This document shows, one piece after another, positions 8,314-17,766 of a stretch of 64,000 nucleotides of DNA; positions within the stretch are counted from its first letter, which is position 1; every line of letters begins with the position of its first letter. The notes beneath the pieces are model-generated. The model saw nothing but the letters and a program-made list of their open reading frames with translations. It was not told the origin of the DNA and did not search any database. The stretch comes from Spirochaetales bacterium. GTDB lineage: Bacteria; Spirochaetota; Spirochaetia; JABEVK01. The stretch lies in NCBI GenBank assembly GCA_037142615.1, contig JBAXAI010000009.1, positions 32,001-96,000 on the forward strand, read 5' to 3'. Made by a program: the position numbers and the translations under genes.

Positions 8314-10722
8314 ATGGATACAAACCCTTTTCTTCATGGGCTGGTTCTGGCCGGCGAAATCCATTACTTCCGGTTGCAACGGTCCGAGTGGGAGTCGAGG
8401 CTCGACGCGCTCCAGCAGTCCGGCCTCGATACCGTAGCCAGTTACATTCCGTGGTTGTGCCATGAGCCGCACCGGTTGCAGTTTGACCTGACTGGGAGCA
8501 CACGGCCCGAGCTGGACCTTGGCGCGTTCATCGACCTGTGTGGGGCCAGGGGGCTGAAGTTTTTTGCGCGGCCGGGTCCGTTCGTGATGGCCGAGCTCAA
8601 GAACGAGGGCATCCCCTACCGGGTTTACAAGGACCACCCCGAATTGGTTTCCCCCACCTGGAAGGGCCTTCCGGTGCCCAACAAGAATCTGGACTACTCG
8701 GCCAAGGCCTTCCTGACCGCCACCAGACAGTGGTACCACGAGGTCGCGCAGGTGTTGAGACCGCGCCTGTGGTCCGCGGGAGGGCCGGTGACCGCTGTGC
8801 AACTCGACAACGAAATCGGCATGCTCAGCTGGGTGGCCAACAGTCCCGACCTGAGCGAGCAGGTGATCACCGACTTTGGCGACTGGATGCTCGACCAGTA
8901 CACAAAAGCCGAGCTGATCTCCCGCTACGGGTTTGTGCCAGGCCGTGCGCACCTGGAAGACTTCTGGGTTCCGGCCGAACCGTGGGCGCTGGAGTTTGTG
9001 AATGACCTCGGCCGTTTTTTGCGCCTCCGCTTCAGCCGTTACGTGGGCTTTCTGAAAGACGCCCTGGCGATTGAGGGGTTGGGCCCGCTGGCCAACGTGG
9101 TGAACGTCCATGGCACTGGTGGGGGGCGTGGGCACCCCTTCCCCATCGGAATCAGCCAACTGCTGAAAACGTGGCAGGATCACCCCGACGTCACGGTGGG
9201 AACCGACATCTACTTGGGTGACCTTGGCGTGCACAACCTCGCCGACCTGTACCTGCTCAACGCGGCGACCCGGGCCACGCTGCTCCCCGGCCAAAGGTTG
9301 GGCAGCGTTGAGTTCGAAGCCGGCGATGGCGACTATGGTTCGAATCAGGGTCAGCGCTACGACCCCTCGGCGGCTGACCTGAAAGCTCGTTTGTGCTTTC
9401 GGCAGGGCTTCACAATCCTCAATTACTATCTGTACGCGGGCGGTCGAAACTACCGGCTCGACGAAAAGCCGGCCGACGGAAACGACCGGATTGCGTTCAC
9501 CGGCGAACGCCACGGGTTTGCCGCGCCGATGGATCCGGAAGGCCGGCGCAATACCACGTGGGAACGGATCGGCCGCACAGTGCGCGCGGCAAGAGTTCTG
9601 GCCGACCACCTGAGCACCGCCACCGAGGAGACCGACAATCTGGCCTGGGGCTTCGTTCCCGACTGGTGGATGACCGATGCTCTTCCTCCGAACAGCAACC
9701 GGGCCAAGGCGTTGCGGGAAGATTTGGAGCGGCACCGTTCCGGCGTCAGCTGGGACCTGATGGCCCGCTGGAGCCTGCTTGCCGGCTACCGGTTCGCCGC
9801 CGTTGACCTGTCGCGGCACACCCCCGAACCCGGCTCGGTCTTGTTCTTGGGGAGTTGCTTGCATTTGAATGCCGACATCCAGCAACGTTTGGTCGATTGG
9901 GTCGGTGCCGGTGGCAAGCTGGTGCTGTGGGGCCCGTTGCCGACCCACACGCTGACCGGCACCCCCTGCACCTTGTTGGCGGACGAGCTCGTGGCCTCGA
10001 ACGCGGGGACCCTTGAGGCACGGGCTGGTTTTCATCTGTCGGTGGTCCCCGAGGGACCGCTGGCGGGCTGGGCCGAAGCGAGCATTGGCCGTACCGAGAC
10101 CTTTCAGGTGCCAGCCGATGCCGTGGTGCTGCTCCGCGCGTACCACAATCGGGCCGTCGCGGGGTTCGCGGTCACCGTAGAAAGGGGCCTTGCTGTTGTG
10201 CTCGGCGGTGAACTGCAGGGTCGTTCGGAACTTGCGCGGCAACTGCTGGGCTGGCTGGGCTGTGAACCGGGGTTGACGCACGATGCGGACGGTAGCGCCC
10301 TGGTGGTGGGAACCACCCGCGACCCCGAAGGTGGCCGCGTGTTGCACGTGATGAACCTCGACGGTTGTGAGACCCGGACCCACCTCTGGGACAACGGGCT
10401 TGCCCTCCTCGAAGAATGCGAACTGGTGCTAGGACCCAAGGAAGGACGGATGTTGCCGTTGGGTCTGTTCCCGGCAGGTGGCCCTGCGGGGGTGCGCGTG
10501 GTTTGGTCCACCGCCGAACTCGAGGGAGCCGATTCCCAAAGCCTGACTCTGCGCCGAAACCAACCCCAGGACACGCTGCTCGTCAGTTGCCCCGGTGGCC
10601 GCGTACCGCAGACCTCGGACGACTGGCAGGTTGAACCGGGACCCCGACCCGAGCAGTGGCGAATCACCTCGGCGCGGTTGGTTTGGCCGGCCACGCTGGT
10701 GCGGTTGGAGTTTGGGGTATAG
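8314..10722 (+). CDS. GH35-family glycoside hydrolase (beta-galactosidase/GlmA-like architecture)
   Basis: GEIHYFR, YIPWLCHE, RPGPFVMAE, acid/base motif QLDNE, candidate nucleophile VEFEAG and NYYLYAGG. ATG 8314 preferred as start. Confidence 0.85.
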   Translation: MDTNPFLHGLVLAGEIHYFRLQRSEWESRLDALQQSGLDTVASYIPWLCHEPHRLQFDLTGSTRPELDLGAFIDLCGARGLKFFARPGPFVMAELKNEGIPYRVYKDHPELVSPTWKGLPVPNKNLDYSAKAFLTATRQWYHEVAQVLRPRLWSAGGPVTAVQLDNEIGMLSWVANSPDLSEQVITDFGDWMLDQYTKAELISRYGFVPGRAHLEDFWVPAEPWALEFVNDLGRFLRLRFSRYVGFLKDALAIEGLGPLANVVNVHGTGGGRGHPFPIGISQLLKTWQDHPDVTVGTDIYLGDLGVHNLADLYLLNAATRATLLPGQRLGSVEFEAGDGDYGSNQGQRYDPSAADLKARLCFRQGFTILNYYLYAGGRNYRLDEKPADGNDRIAFTGERHGFAAPMDPEGRRNTTWERIGRTVRAARVLADHLSTATEETDNLAWGFVPDWWMTDALPPNSNRAKALREDLERHRSGVSWDLMARWSLLAGYRFAAVDLSRHTPEPGSVLFLGSCLHLNADIQQRLVDWVGAGGKLVLWGPLPTHTLTGTPCTLLADELVASNAGTLEARAGFHLSVVPEGPLAGWAEASIGRTETFQVPADAVVLLRAYHNRAVAGFAVTVERGLAVVLGGELQGRSELARQLLGWLGCEPGLTHDADGSALVVGTTRDPEGGRVLHVMNLDGCETRTHLWDNGLALLEECELVLGPKEGRMLPLGLFPAGGPAGVRVVWSTAELEGADSQSLTLRRNQPQDTLLVSCPGGRVPQTSDDWQVEPGPRPEQWRITSARLVWPATLVRLEFGV

Positions 10723-10730
10723 CCGGCTGG

Positions 10731-12242
10731 TCAGGTCCGCTCTACCGTCCAGAAGTGCACGCCGCACACGCCCTGGAGAGTCTGGAGGTCAAGGGCTTCG
10801 TCGTGCGCCAAGTCCACGAGCCGGTCTTCGACCATCACCGGTTCGCTGGCGGCCTTGAGGGCCTCGAGCTCGCTACCCCGGGGGTAGCGGGGGCGTCCCG
10901 AGGTTCGCCACGCGGTGAAGGCGTTGCCGCGCACCTCGTCGACCACCCACTGACGAACCCGCCAGCGCCGATCGGGCAGGCCCTCGAACCGGAGCTTGCG
11001 GTCGATCTCGGCCCGGTCGAGTGTCCAATCCTCGCCAAAGAAGTGGGCCTTGGTGGCCTCGCTGAAGTTCCAGCTGAGGATGGCCAGATTGCCGTTGGCG
11101 GCACGGGTGGCGATGGTGTCGCGAGGGATCTGTCCCTCGGGCAGGAGTTCGTGGTCGTGCAGTTCGCTGAGCCACCGAAAGGCGTGGAACACAGGCTTGT
11201 TGACCCCGTCGACATTGATCAGGCCGTATTTGCCGCTGAAGGGGTCGAGACCGGGGCCGGATTCCTCGAAAATGTCGCTGAGCGTCCACCAACTGTAGCT
11301 TCCTACCAGACCGGTCACGTCGCGCAGCGTCTGCAGGGCGAACACGGCGCTGAAGGCGCTGTCTTTGCCGAACACATCCTCGTGGATGGGGCTGATGTTC
11401 CATTCGGTGTAGTGAACTTCGCGCGCAGGCTGACCAGCGTCCACGGAGTCTGCAGCGCGCACCTTGGCCACGGTGTCGCGGACCTCGGCGGCCATGGTCG
11501 GTTGACCCCGGTAGGCGAAGTCCTTCACGACGCGGCCCATTTCGAGGGCCACATCGGCGCAGTAGTGGTGGGTGCTCACGAAGTCCAGAGGAACGTTATT
11601 CTGGGCACAGAAGGCCGAGGTCTCGTCGATCCATTGATTCTTGCTGGTAGCCGGACCGCCCACCCGCAGTTGGCTGTCGACGGCCTTCACGGCCCGGGCG
11701 GTCAACTCGTACAACCGCAGGTAGCCGTCGAGGCCGCCCGACCAAAACGCGTCGATGTCGGGCTCGTTCCACACCTCAAAGTACCAGCTGCGCACTTCGG
11801 CCAGCCCGTAGCGGTCGATCAGCGACGTGGTGAACGCCGTGACGAGATCGGACCATTTGCCCTCGTCCTTGGGAGGCGTGATGTTGCCACGGTACTGAAA
11901 AATCGTCGCGTCGCCGCTGGCCAGGCCGTAGGGCATGAAGCTGAGCTCCAGGAAGGGCTGGGCGCCGTTTTCGAGCAAGAAGTCGACGATCTTGAACAGG
12001 TTGCGGAAGTTGTAGGGGTCTTTTTGGTCGTGGTCGCCCCGGTAGATGCCCACCAGGTCGTGCAAGATGCCGTGAAAGCGCACCCGCTTAAAGCCGATAG
12101 CCTTTTGCACGCGGCGAAAGTGCTCGCGCCAATCCTCGCGCAGGGTGAGGTAGGCGTGGCAACTACCCACGCATTCCGCGTGCAGCTTGGCGAACGGACG
12201 GCTCGGGCCGTCGAGCCGGTAGGTCGCGGAGCGGGTCGTCAT
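10731..12242 (-). CDS. GH39-family glycoside hydrolase (beta-xylosidase-like)
   Basis: RFHGILHD, ELSFMP, FEVWNEPD (acid/base), VGGPAT, DFVSTH, YTEWN (nucleophile) and SDIFEE. Confidence 0.9.
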   Translation of the reverse strand: MTTRSATYRLDGPSRPFAKLHAECVGSCHAYLTLREDWREHFRRVQKAIGFKRVRFHGILHDLVGIYRGDHDQKDPYNFRNLFKIVDFLLENGAQPFLELSFMPYGLASGDATIFQYRGNITPPKDEGKWSDLVTAFTTSLIDRYGLAEVRSWYFEVWNEPDIDAFWSGGLDGYLRLYELTARAVKAVDSQLRVGGPATSKNQWIDETSAFCAQNNVPLDFVSTHHYCADVALEMGRVVKDFAYRGQPTMAAEVRDTVAKVRAADSVDAGQPAREVHYTEWNISPIHEDVFGKDSAFSAVFALQTLRDVTGLVGSYSWWTLSDIFEESGPGLDPFSGKYGLINVDGVNKPVFHAFRWLSELHDHELLPEGQIPRDTIATRAANGNLAILSWNFSEATKAHFFGEDWTLDRAEIDRKLRFEGLPDRRWRVRQWVVDEVRGNAFTAWRTSGRPRYPRGSELEALKAASEPVMVEDRLVDLAHDEALDLQTLQGVCGVHFWTVERT

Positions 12243-13456
12243 GAGGGCCTCCGGAAGCCGCAGGCCGCGAGCCCGCGCTGAATCACGGCCGCTTGGCTAA
12301 GAATCTTGGGAATCAGGCCAGTTTCGGCGTTGTCGAGCGACAAGAGCGTGATGCCCTTGTCGATGCCGATGGAACGCTCGGCATACCAAGGTTGGGAACC
12401 TTCCAAGTTGTAGGCGTCGAGGAACCCGTAGCGGCCCCAAAGTTTGGGTTGTTCGGCGCGAAGGCGCTCCAGGCTTTCGCTGACCTGATCGGGGAGAAAC
12501 ATGGAGCTCCCGGCCATGCCGCAGGGAGCCAACGTGCCGTCGTTCTTGTGCCCTTTGTGCTGCCTGCCGTCCCCAGAAGGGGGCGACCCGTAGCTACCCG
12601 AATAACCCTTCGGTCCGTCGCAGGCCGTGGGTCCCCAACTGTGCGCCGAGAACGCCTTCCAGCCTTCGGGGTTGGCGGTGCACCACGCTTGGGCCGTGAC
12701 GCTGGCACGATACGAATTCTCCCACCAGTCCAGCCCGAGCGGATCGACAAGGCCTTTTACGGGCAGGAAAGCCTGGCAAAACTGGTGCACGAACAGACTG
12801 TTGCTGCGGCAATGAACGAACTCCGGCAAACCGCCCCACGAGCCGACATTGCGCTCGAAGGCAGTGAGCATCGAACCGGGCACAGGGTGGCTTTGGCTCC
12901 CTGCGCCCAGCACGCACATCAAGAGCTGCTCGGCGTAATGGTCCCACGAGCCTTCAAAGCCGCGTTCGGGCCCGTAGTACCCCATGGCGAAGTACTTTTT
13001 GTCGGGTGTGCGGTACCAGTCCCACTCGATGCCTTCGACCAGCTCGTCAAATTGCCGACCCAGGGTGCCACCGAAGTAGGTGCCGGCCGTCACGAAACCG
13101 GCGGCCAACAAGGCCGTGTCGATGACGCTGACTTCGCAGTTCCAGGCCTTGAGGCCGCTTTCGGGCACCAGGAAGTGATAGTAAAAGCCGTGGACACGGG
13201 GGGTGTTCTGGTGCGCCTTCAGCACTTCCCTGGCGCGCTGCTCGGCCTGCGCCCGGGTGACCCAACCCCGCTCGATGCCGATAGGGAGCGATGCCAGCGA
13301 AAAACCGGTGGCCGCAATGCTACCGGGCTGATCGGTCTTGGCCTCGCCCCAACCGTCGCGGGCATGCCCGTGAACGGTTTGTTCCCAAAAGTAGTCGAAA
13401 CTCGCCCGAGCCTCGTCGAGGGCCGCCCCCGCAAGTCGGAACCGGGTTTGACTCAT
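12239..13456 (-). CDS. Glucoamylase-like/GH144-type (beta-1,2-glucanase clan) protein, no signal peptide
   Basis: FDYFWE, SIAATGF..ERGW, GFYYHF, SVIDTALL, SLFVHQF, WGPTACDGP, DGTLAP, YGFLDAYN and IGIDKG. ATGA-coupled start at 13456. Confidence 0.8.
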   Translation of the reverse strand: MSQTRFRLAGAALDEARASFDYFWEQTVHGHARDGWGEAKTDQPGSIAATGFSLASLPIGIERGWVTRAQAEQRAREVLKAHQNTPRVHGFYYHFLVPESGLKAWNCEVSVIDTALLAAGFVTAGTYFGGTLGRQFDELVEGIEWDWYRTPDKKYFAMGYYGPERGFEGSWDHYAEQLLMCVLGAGSQSHPVPGSMLTAFERNVGSWGGLPEFVHCRSNSLFVHQFCQAFLPVKGLVDPLGLDWWENSYRASVTAQAWCTANPEGWKAFSAHSWGPTACDGPKGYSGSYGSPPSGDGRQHKGHKNDGTLAPCGMAGSSMFLPDQVSESLERLRAEQPKLWGRYGFLDAYNLEGSQPWYAERSIGIDKGITLLSLDNAETGLIPKILSQAAVIQRGLAACGFRRPS

Positions 13457-14697
13457 TTTTTGCCCCCGGCGGTGAGACCCACCTTTTTCAGGCCGCGCTG
13501 GATGGTGGGCGACTTCATGACGGCCTTCCAAACCACGCCGCTGGCGAGGTTGGCCAACGACAGCACGGTGATGCCTTTGTCGATGCCGATGACATCGGGG
13601 TTGATCCACACGGGCGAGCTCTTCGGGTTAAAGGCGTCGGCAAACCCATAGGTGCCGCTGAGCCCCGGGACGGCGGCCAACGCGTCGGTGGCGCGGGCAA
13701 CCAACTCAGGCACGAACATGGCGCTTCCCAGAGGTCCGGCCGGGGCCAGCGTGCCGTCCACGAAGTGCTGGTCGTTATTGAACCCCGAAGGCGCCGAGCC
13801 GTAGCGGCCCTCGTAGCCGTGTTGCGAGTCGCTGGCGGTGTAGCCCCAAAGATCGGTTCCAGTGAACTTTTGAGCCGACACGCTGGCATCGACCGAGTTC
13901 TGCCACCAGTCTACCCCCTGCTTGTCCTTGAGTCCGCGGAAGTCGATGAAGGCGTGGCTGTACTGGTAGGTGAAGAGGCTTCCAAACCACGAGTTGATAA
14001 AGCCCCCGGAGCTTCTGTGGCGGGTGAACGCGTAAAACTCCTCGCCGGTCAGAGGAGTCTTGGTGTTGCCGGCGCCCAAAATGTACATGCCCAAGCCCTC
14101 GGCATAAAAGTCCCACTTGCCGTTGAACATCGGTTCGTCGGTCCACGACATAAACACCTGCTGGCTAACCTTGTTGGTGAACCGGAGCCAGTTCATGCCT
14201 TCGGCCAGAGCTTCGGCACGGGCTGCCAGGGCCGGCGAAAAGTACTGGCCGGCAGCGAGCGCCCCGAGAATCAGAAGCATGGAGTCGACGCTGCTCACCT
14301 CGCTTCCCGGCGACGGCCGCGAAGTTCGCATGTCGACAAAGTGGTACCAAAAGCCGAACTGGCGGTCCATTTTTTCGAGGGTGGTGAAGGTGCCGGCCAC
14401 GCGGACTTCGGCCTCTTTGCGATCGATCCAACCGGCATCGGCCGCCACCACGAGAGCCGCGAGCCCGAAACCCACGGAAGCCGTGCTGGCCAGATTGGCG
14501 TTGCCCGGCCAGCGGTCGCGGATCATGCCGTAGCCGGGCGAGTCCTTGCCGGTGTTGACCTGCTCGAGAAAAAACTTGGTCGAGAGCCTGAGCTCGGTCT
14601 GCTCGGCGGGCGTCAGTTTGGCCAGCCAGGCGGCCTCGGCAGACGAGGCCGGGCCGAGGAGAGCAACCAGCAGAAGGACAAAGGGGGTTCGGTTCAA
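13453..14697 (-). CDS. Glucoamylase-like/GH144-type protein with signal peptide
   Basis: TTG 14697 with AGGAG RBS and signal NRTPFVLLLVALLGPASSAEA. Motifs GMIRDR, STASVGF, GFWYHF, SSVDS, GSLFTYQYSH, WGYTASD, DGTLAP and IGIDKG. Confidence 0.8.
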   Translation of the reverse strand: MNRTPFVLLLVALLGPASSAEAAWLAKLTPAEQTELRLSTKFFLEQVNTGKDSPGYGMIRDRWPGNANLASTASVGFGLAALVVAADAGWIDRKEAEVRVAGTFTTLEKMDRQFGFWYHFVDMRTSRPSPGSEVSSVDSMLLILGALAAGQYFSPALAARAEALAEGMNWLRFTNKVSQQVFMSWTDEPMFNGKWDFYAEGLGMYILGAGNTKTPLTGEEFYAFTRHRSSGGFINSWFGSLFTYQYSHAFIDFRGLKDKQGVDWWQNSVDASVSAQKFTGTDLWGYTASDSQHGYEGRYGSAPSGFNNDQHFVDGTLAPAGPLGSAMFVPELVARATDALAAVPGLSGTYGFADAFNPKSSPVWINPDVIGIDKGITVLSLANLASGVVWKAVMKSPTIQRGLKKVGLTAGGKK

Positions 14698-16025
14698 GAG
14701 GCGCTCCTGGAGGTTCGGTTCGGGTTGAGTTCGGCCAGCTTCACGAAGCGGGCAATGAGATCGTCGAGGGCAAACGACGGGAAGCCCGTCAGGTAGGTAT
14801 GCGCCGTGTTCGCGAAGCCGCGGGTCCAGCGGTCGTCGATACCGGCCTTCCCGACGAGGGCACCCAGAAGGCTGCCAGCGGTGGCGGCCGTGCAGTCGTT
14901 GTCGAGGCCCATGGCCACCGTGTCGGAGATGGTCTTGGTGAAGTCGCCCTTGCCGAGGAGCAGGCCGAAAATGGTGAGGCAAGCGTTGTTCCGGGTGTGC
15001 GCCGAGGGCATTCCCGGGAAGCGCTCGTCGACGGCCTTCCGGGCCGCGAGGTAGTCGGAGAGGTTTGGACCGAGCTCGAGGGCCCAGCGCACGTCGCGGG
15101 CCAACTCGCAATCCGCCGGAATCTCGGAGAGCCCCACATCGAGGCAACCGCGCACCGTGGTTTCGCAGAAGGCGGCCGCCTGCGCTGCGGCCCAAAACAT
15201 CTCGCCGTAGACGCCGTTGCGACGGTGGCTGAGCCAGGCGTCCCGATAGGCGAGTTCAGCCGCCTGCTCGGGCCGACCGGCGCAGGCCCAGGCCCACCCG
15301 TCTGAGCGGATCGCGGCGCCGATGATGCCCGTCCACATGTTGTCCACCTCGCCGGTGAGGGTTGCGGGGACCCCGGCCTTCAGGTTCTTGAGGGCGATGT
15401 CCTCGGCGGTGCACGCGATGGGCAGGTGCTCGAGCCAAAAGGCGCCCACGTCGTCGGTGGTGAAGTCGAAGCCGTACTTTTCGAGCACCAGCAGGGCAAC
15501 TTGGGTGTAAATGAGGTCGTCGTCGACGGGCACGCCGTTCATGCCGGTCAGGCTGAAGGCCTTGCGGGGGCTGACCCCATAGTGCAGGCCTTCGGGGTCG
15601 GTGACCTCGTGCCAGTACTCGGTGGGGGGAAACGGCGTACCCGTCTGGCGGGCGAAGTCCTTCATCCTCTCGATGGGCCAGCCTTCTACCGGCAGCCCCA
15701 GGCAACAAGCGGCGAAGCGTCCGAGCACCGCGCCGGCCATCGTGTCCGCCAGAGTTTTGGGCTCGAGACGGTCAAGCAAGGTCCGTGGCCCCTGGGGCCG
15801 AAGAGCCCGAATTGCGGCCAAGTCGTTGGGCTCGCGCCGGGCCAACTCGGCCTCGGGCTCCAGGGCCACGATCTCGGCCACTGCGGCCTGAAGTTGGCCC
15901 TCGATGCGCGCGAACACCGCCGCAACAGCCTCGGTGCTCCCGCGCTCGCTCTGCTGCATGCCGAACTCGCGCATTTGCCACAGGTTGTGGTCCGCCTTCG
16001 AAAAGTCAGGGTATCGCATGGTCAC
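14694..16025 (-). CDS. ADP-ribosylglycohydrolase (ARH/DraG) family protein
   Basis: G.P.EGW, VDDDLIYT, GAAIRSD, DAWLSH..NGVYG and GLDNDCTAATAGS metal-binding motifs. Confidence 0.85.
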   Translation of the reverse strand: MTMRYPDFSKADHNLWQMREFGMQQSERGSTEAVAAVFARIEGQLQAAVAEIVALEPEAELARREPNDLAAIRALRPQGPRTLLDRLEPKTLADTMAGAVLGRFAACCLGLPVEGWPIERMKDFARQTGTPFPPTEYWHEVTDPEGLHYGVSPRKAFSLTGMNGVPVDDDLIYTQVALLVLEKYGFDFTTDDVGAFWLEHLPIACTAEDIALKNLKAGVPATLTGEVDNMWTGIIGAAIRSDGWAWACAGRPEQAAELAYRDAWLSHRRNGVYGEMFWAAAQAAAFCETTVRGCLDVGLSEIPADCELARDVRWALELGPNLSDYLAARKAVDERFPGMPSAHTRNNACLTIFGLLLGKGDFTKTISDTVAMGLDNDCTAATAGSLLGALVGKAGIDDRWTRGFANTAHTYLTGFPSFALDDLIARFVKLAELNPNRTSRSAS

Positions 16026-16906
16026 TCTCCTGTAATTCCAGCCTTGTCAATACTTTGCACAAACCATCGTTGCATAACCGCGTACAGAGCCAACAAGGGC
16101 GCGGTCGCCAGCAGCAGTCCGGCCATCCGCACGGCCTCGTTGATCTTGTCGACCGACCCGGTGGCACCGCCGGGGTAATGCTTCTCGAAGGCCGCCGTGA
16201 AGCGGTCGATCTGCAACGGAAGGGTCGTCCAGCCGTCGCCAAAGAACAGGCCCGACTGAGCCGTCTCGTTCCAGTACCACACCATTGAAAACAGGAAGGC
16301 GATGAGAAAGGCCGGCGCCATGAGCGGCACCGTGATGCGCAGGAACACCTTGGCGGCGCCCGCTCCATCGACCAGGGCTGATTCCTCGAGGCTCTTGGGA
16401 ATCATGCGCGCAAACTGGAAGAACAGCAGGATGAACAGCGAGGCACCGATGCCCTGAGCCAACAACGCGGGCACAACGGTCGAAGCGAGCCCTCCAAGCA
16501 GATTCAGGTCTTTGAACACCAGGAAGCGCGGGATGAGAAGCACCTGCGGGGGCAGTATGAACACCACGAGCATGAGCACAAAGGCTAGTCGACTGCCGGG
16601 AAAGGGGTAACGGGCAAACCCGGTTCCCACCAAGGCGCATACCAGCGTTTGGGCCAAGGCGGGGAGCAGGGCCGCCAGCAGCGTCAGGGTCAGCGTCGTC
16701 GGGAAGTTGAGCACCACCCAGGCCCTGGTGAAGTTAGCGACGTCGGGCTGGCGTGGCAGCCATTGCACCATGGGGTCGAGCAGGTCGGTAAGGCTCTTGA
16801 AACTGGTGGCCACCATGAACAGCAGGGGGTACAGGTACACGTAGGCTATGCCAGCGAGGACGGCGTAGAGCGCGATTCGAAGGCCCAAAGGACGAAGCCG
16901 CTTCAT
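16022..16906 (-). CDS. Carbohydrate ABC transporter permease (MalG-like)
   Basis: EAA loop IPKSLEESALVDGA, plus WYWNE and 6 TM segments. Confidence 0.92.
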   Translation of the reverse strand: MKRLRPLGLRIALYAVLAGIAYVYLYPLLFMVATSFKSLTDLLDPMVQWLPRQPDVANFTRAWVVLNFPTTLTLTLLAALLPALAQTLVCALVGTGFARYPFPGSRLAFVLMLVVFILPPQVLLIPRFLVFKDLNLLGGLASTVVPALLAQGIGASLFILLFFQFARMIPKSLEESALVDGAGAAKVFLRITVPLMAPAFLIAFLFSMVWYWNETAQSGLFFGDGWTTLPLQIDRFTAAFEKHYPGGATGSVDKINEAVRMAGLLLATAPLLALYAVMQRWFVQSIDKAGITGE

Positions 16907-17766
16907 TCGGGCCTCCGCTCACGGGCTGGCCGCAAAAGCCACACGCACAAGCCCAACAACAGCGTCGTCACCGCGAACTGGCTCCAAGCCAGAGCCGAAG
17001 CATAGCCAAAACCTGTGGCGACGTTGAACAGGTTGCTCGTGATGAGAAGGATGATTTCGTTTTCGCTGAAGGTGCTCATCTGAACGATGGTGTACAGCGC
17101 GTTCACCAGCATCAGGGGCTTGAGGGTCGGCAACGTGATCTTCCAGAAGCGTTCCCAGGCGTTGGCGCCGTCGATGGATGCGGCTTCGTTCATCGCGGGA
17201 TCGAGCTTTTGCAACGCGGCGAGGAACACCAGAATCTGCACGCCCGAGAACCAGAGGATGAGGATGAGCTGGCTGAAAAGCCAACTCAGCGGGTCGGCAA
17301 GGAACCCCGGCATCCAGTCGCGCAAGAAGGCCAGAATGCCGTATTTTTCGATCTGCGGGATGGTCGAGGCCCCCTGCGAGCTCAGTTCACGGATGAGCGG
17401 GCCGCTCATGATGACCACGGGCAAGAAGAACAACGTGCGGAACAGCCCCCGCAGAGGAAAGCTGCTCGAGAGCATCAGGGCGATCAGGCAGGCAAAGATG
17501 ACGATGACAGGCACCGCTACTAGCAAGTGCTGGAGGCTCGAGAGGAGTGCGGTGACGAACTCGGTGTCGGTAACAAAGGCCCAGGCGTAGTTGGCCAGGC
17601 CGACGTCCTTGGTGACAATGCCCTCGGTGTTGGTGATTTTCACTTCGGCCAGACTCAGCAGAAAAGAGCGAACCAAAGGGAAAACAGTGAGGAGCACAAA
17701 CCCGGCCAGCCAAGGGAGGTTGAAGGCCAGACCGGTCAGGGCGCGGCGAAGGTGCTTGAGGGTCAC
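16903..17766 (-). CDS. Carbohydrate ABC transporter permease (MalF-like)
   Basis: EAASIDGANAWERFWKITLP, VGLANY and FGYASALAW. Confidence 0.92.
   Translation of the reverse strand: MTLKHLRRALTGLAFNLPWLAGFVLLTVFPLVRSFLLSLAEVKITNTEGIVTKDVGLANYAWAFVTDTEFVTALLSSLQHLLVAVPVIVIFACLIALMLSSSFPLRGLFRTLFFLPVVIMSGPLIRELSSQGASTIPQIEKYGILAFLRDWMPGFLADPLSWLFSQLILILWFSGVQILVFLAALQKLDPAMNEAASIDGANAWERFWKITLPTLKPLMLVNALYTIVQMSTFSENEIILLITSNLFNVATGFGYASALAWSQFAVTTLLLGLCVWLLRPARERRPE

Noticed and set aside
8251-10383. 710-aa ORF antisense to the GH35 gene
   Set aside because: Shadow ORF typical of high-GC coding DNA. It has no motifs, and the opposite strand has clear GH35 motifs.
13453-15195. 580-aa version of the exported GH144-like protein
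   Set aside because: The first ~166 codons overlap the ARH gene in another frame. The RBS, TTG start and signal peptide place the start at 14697.
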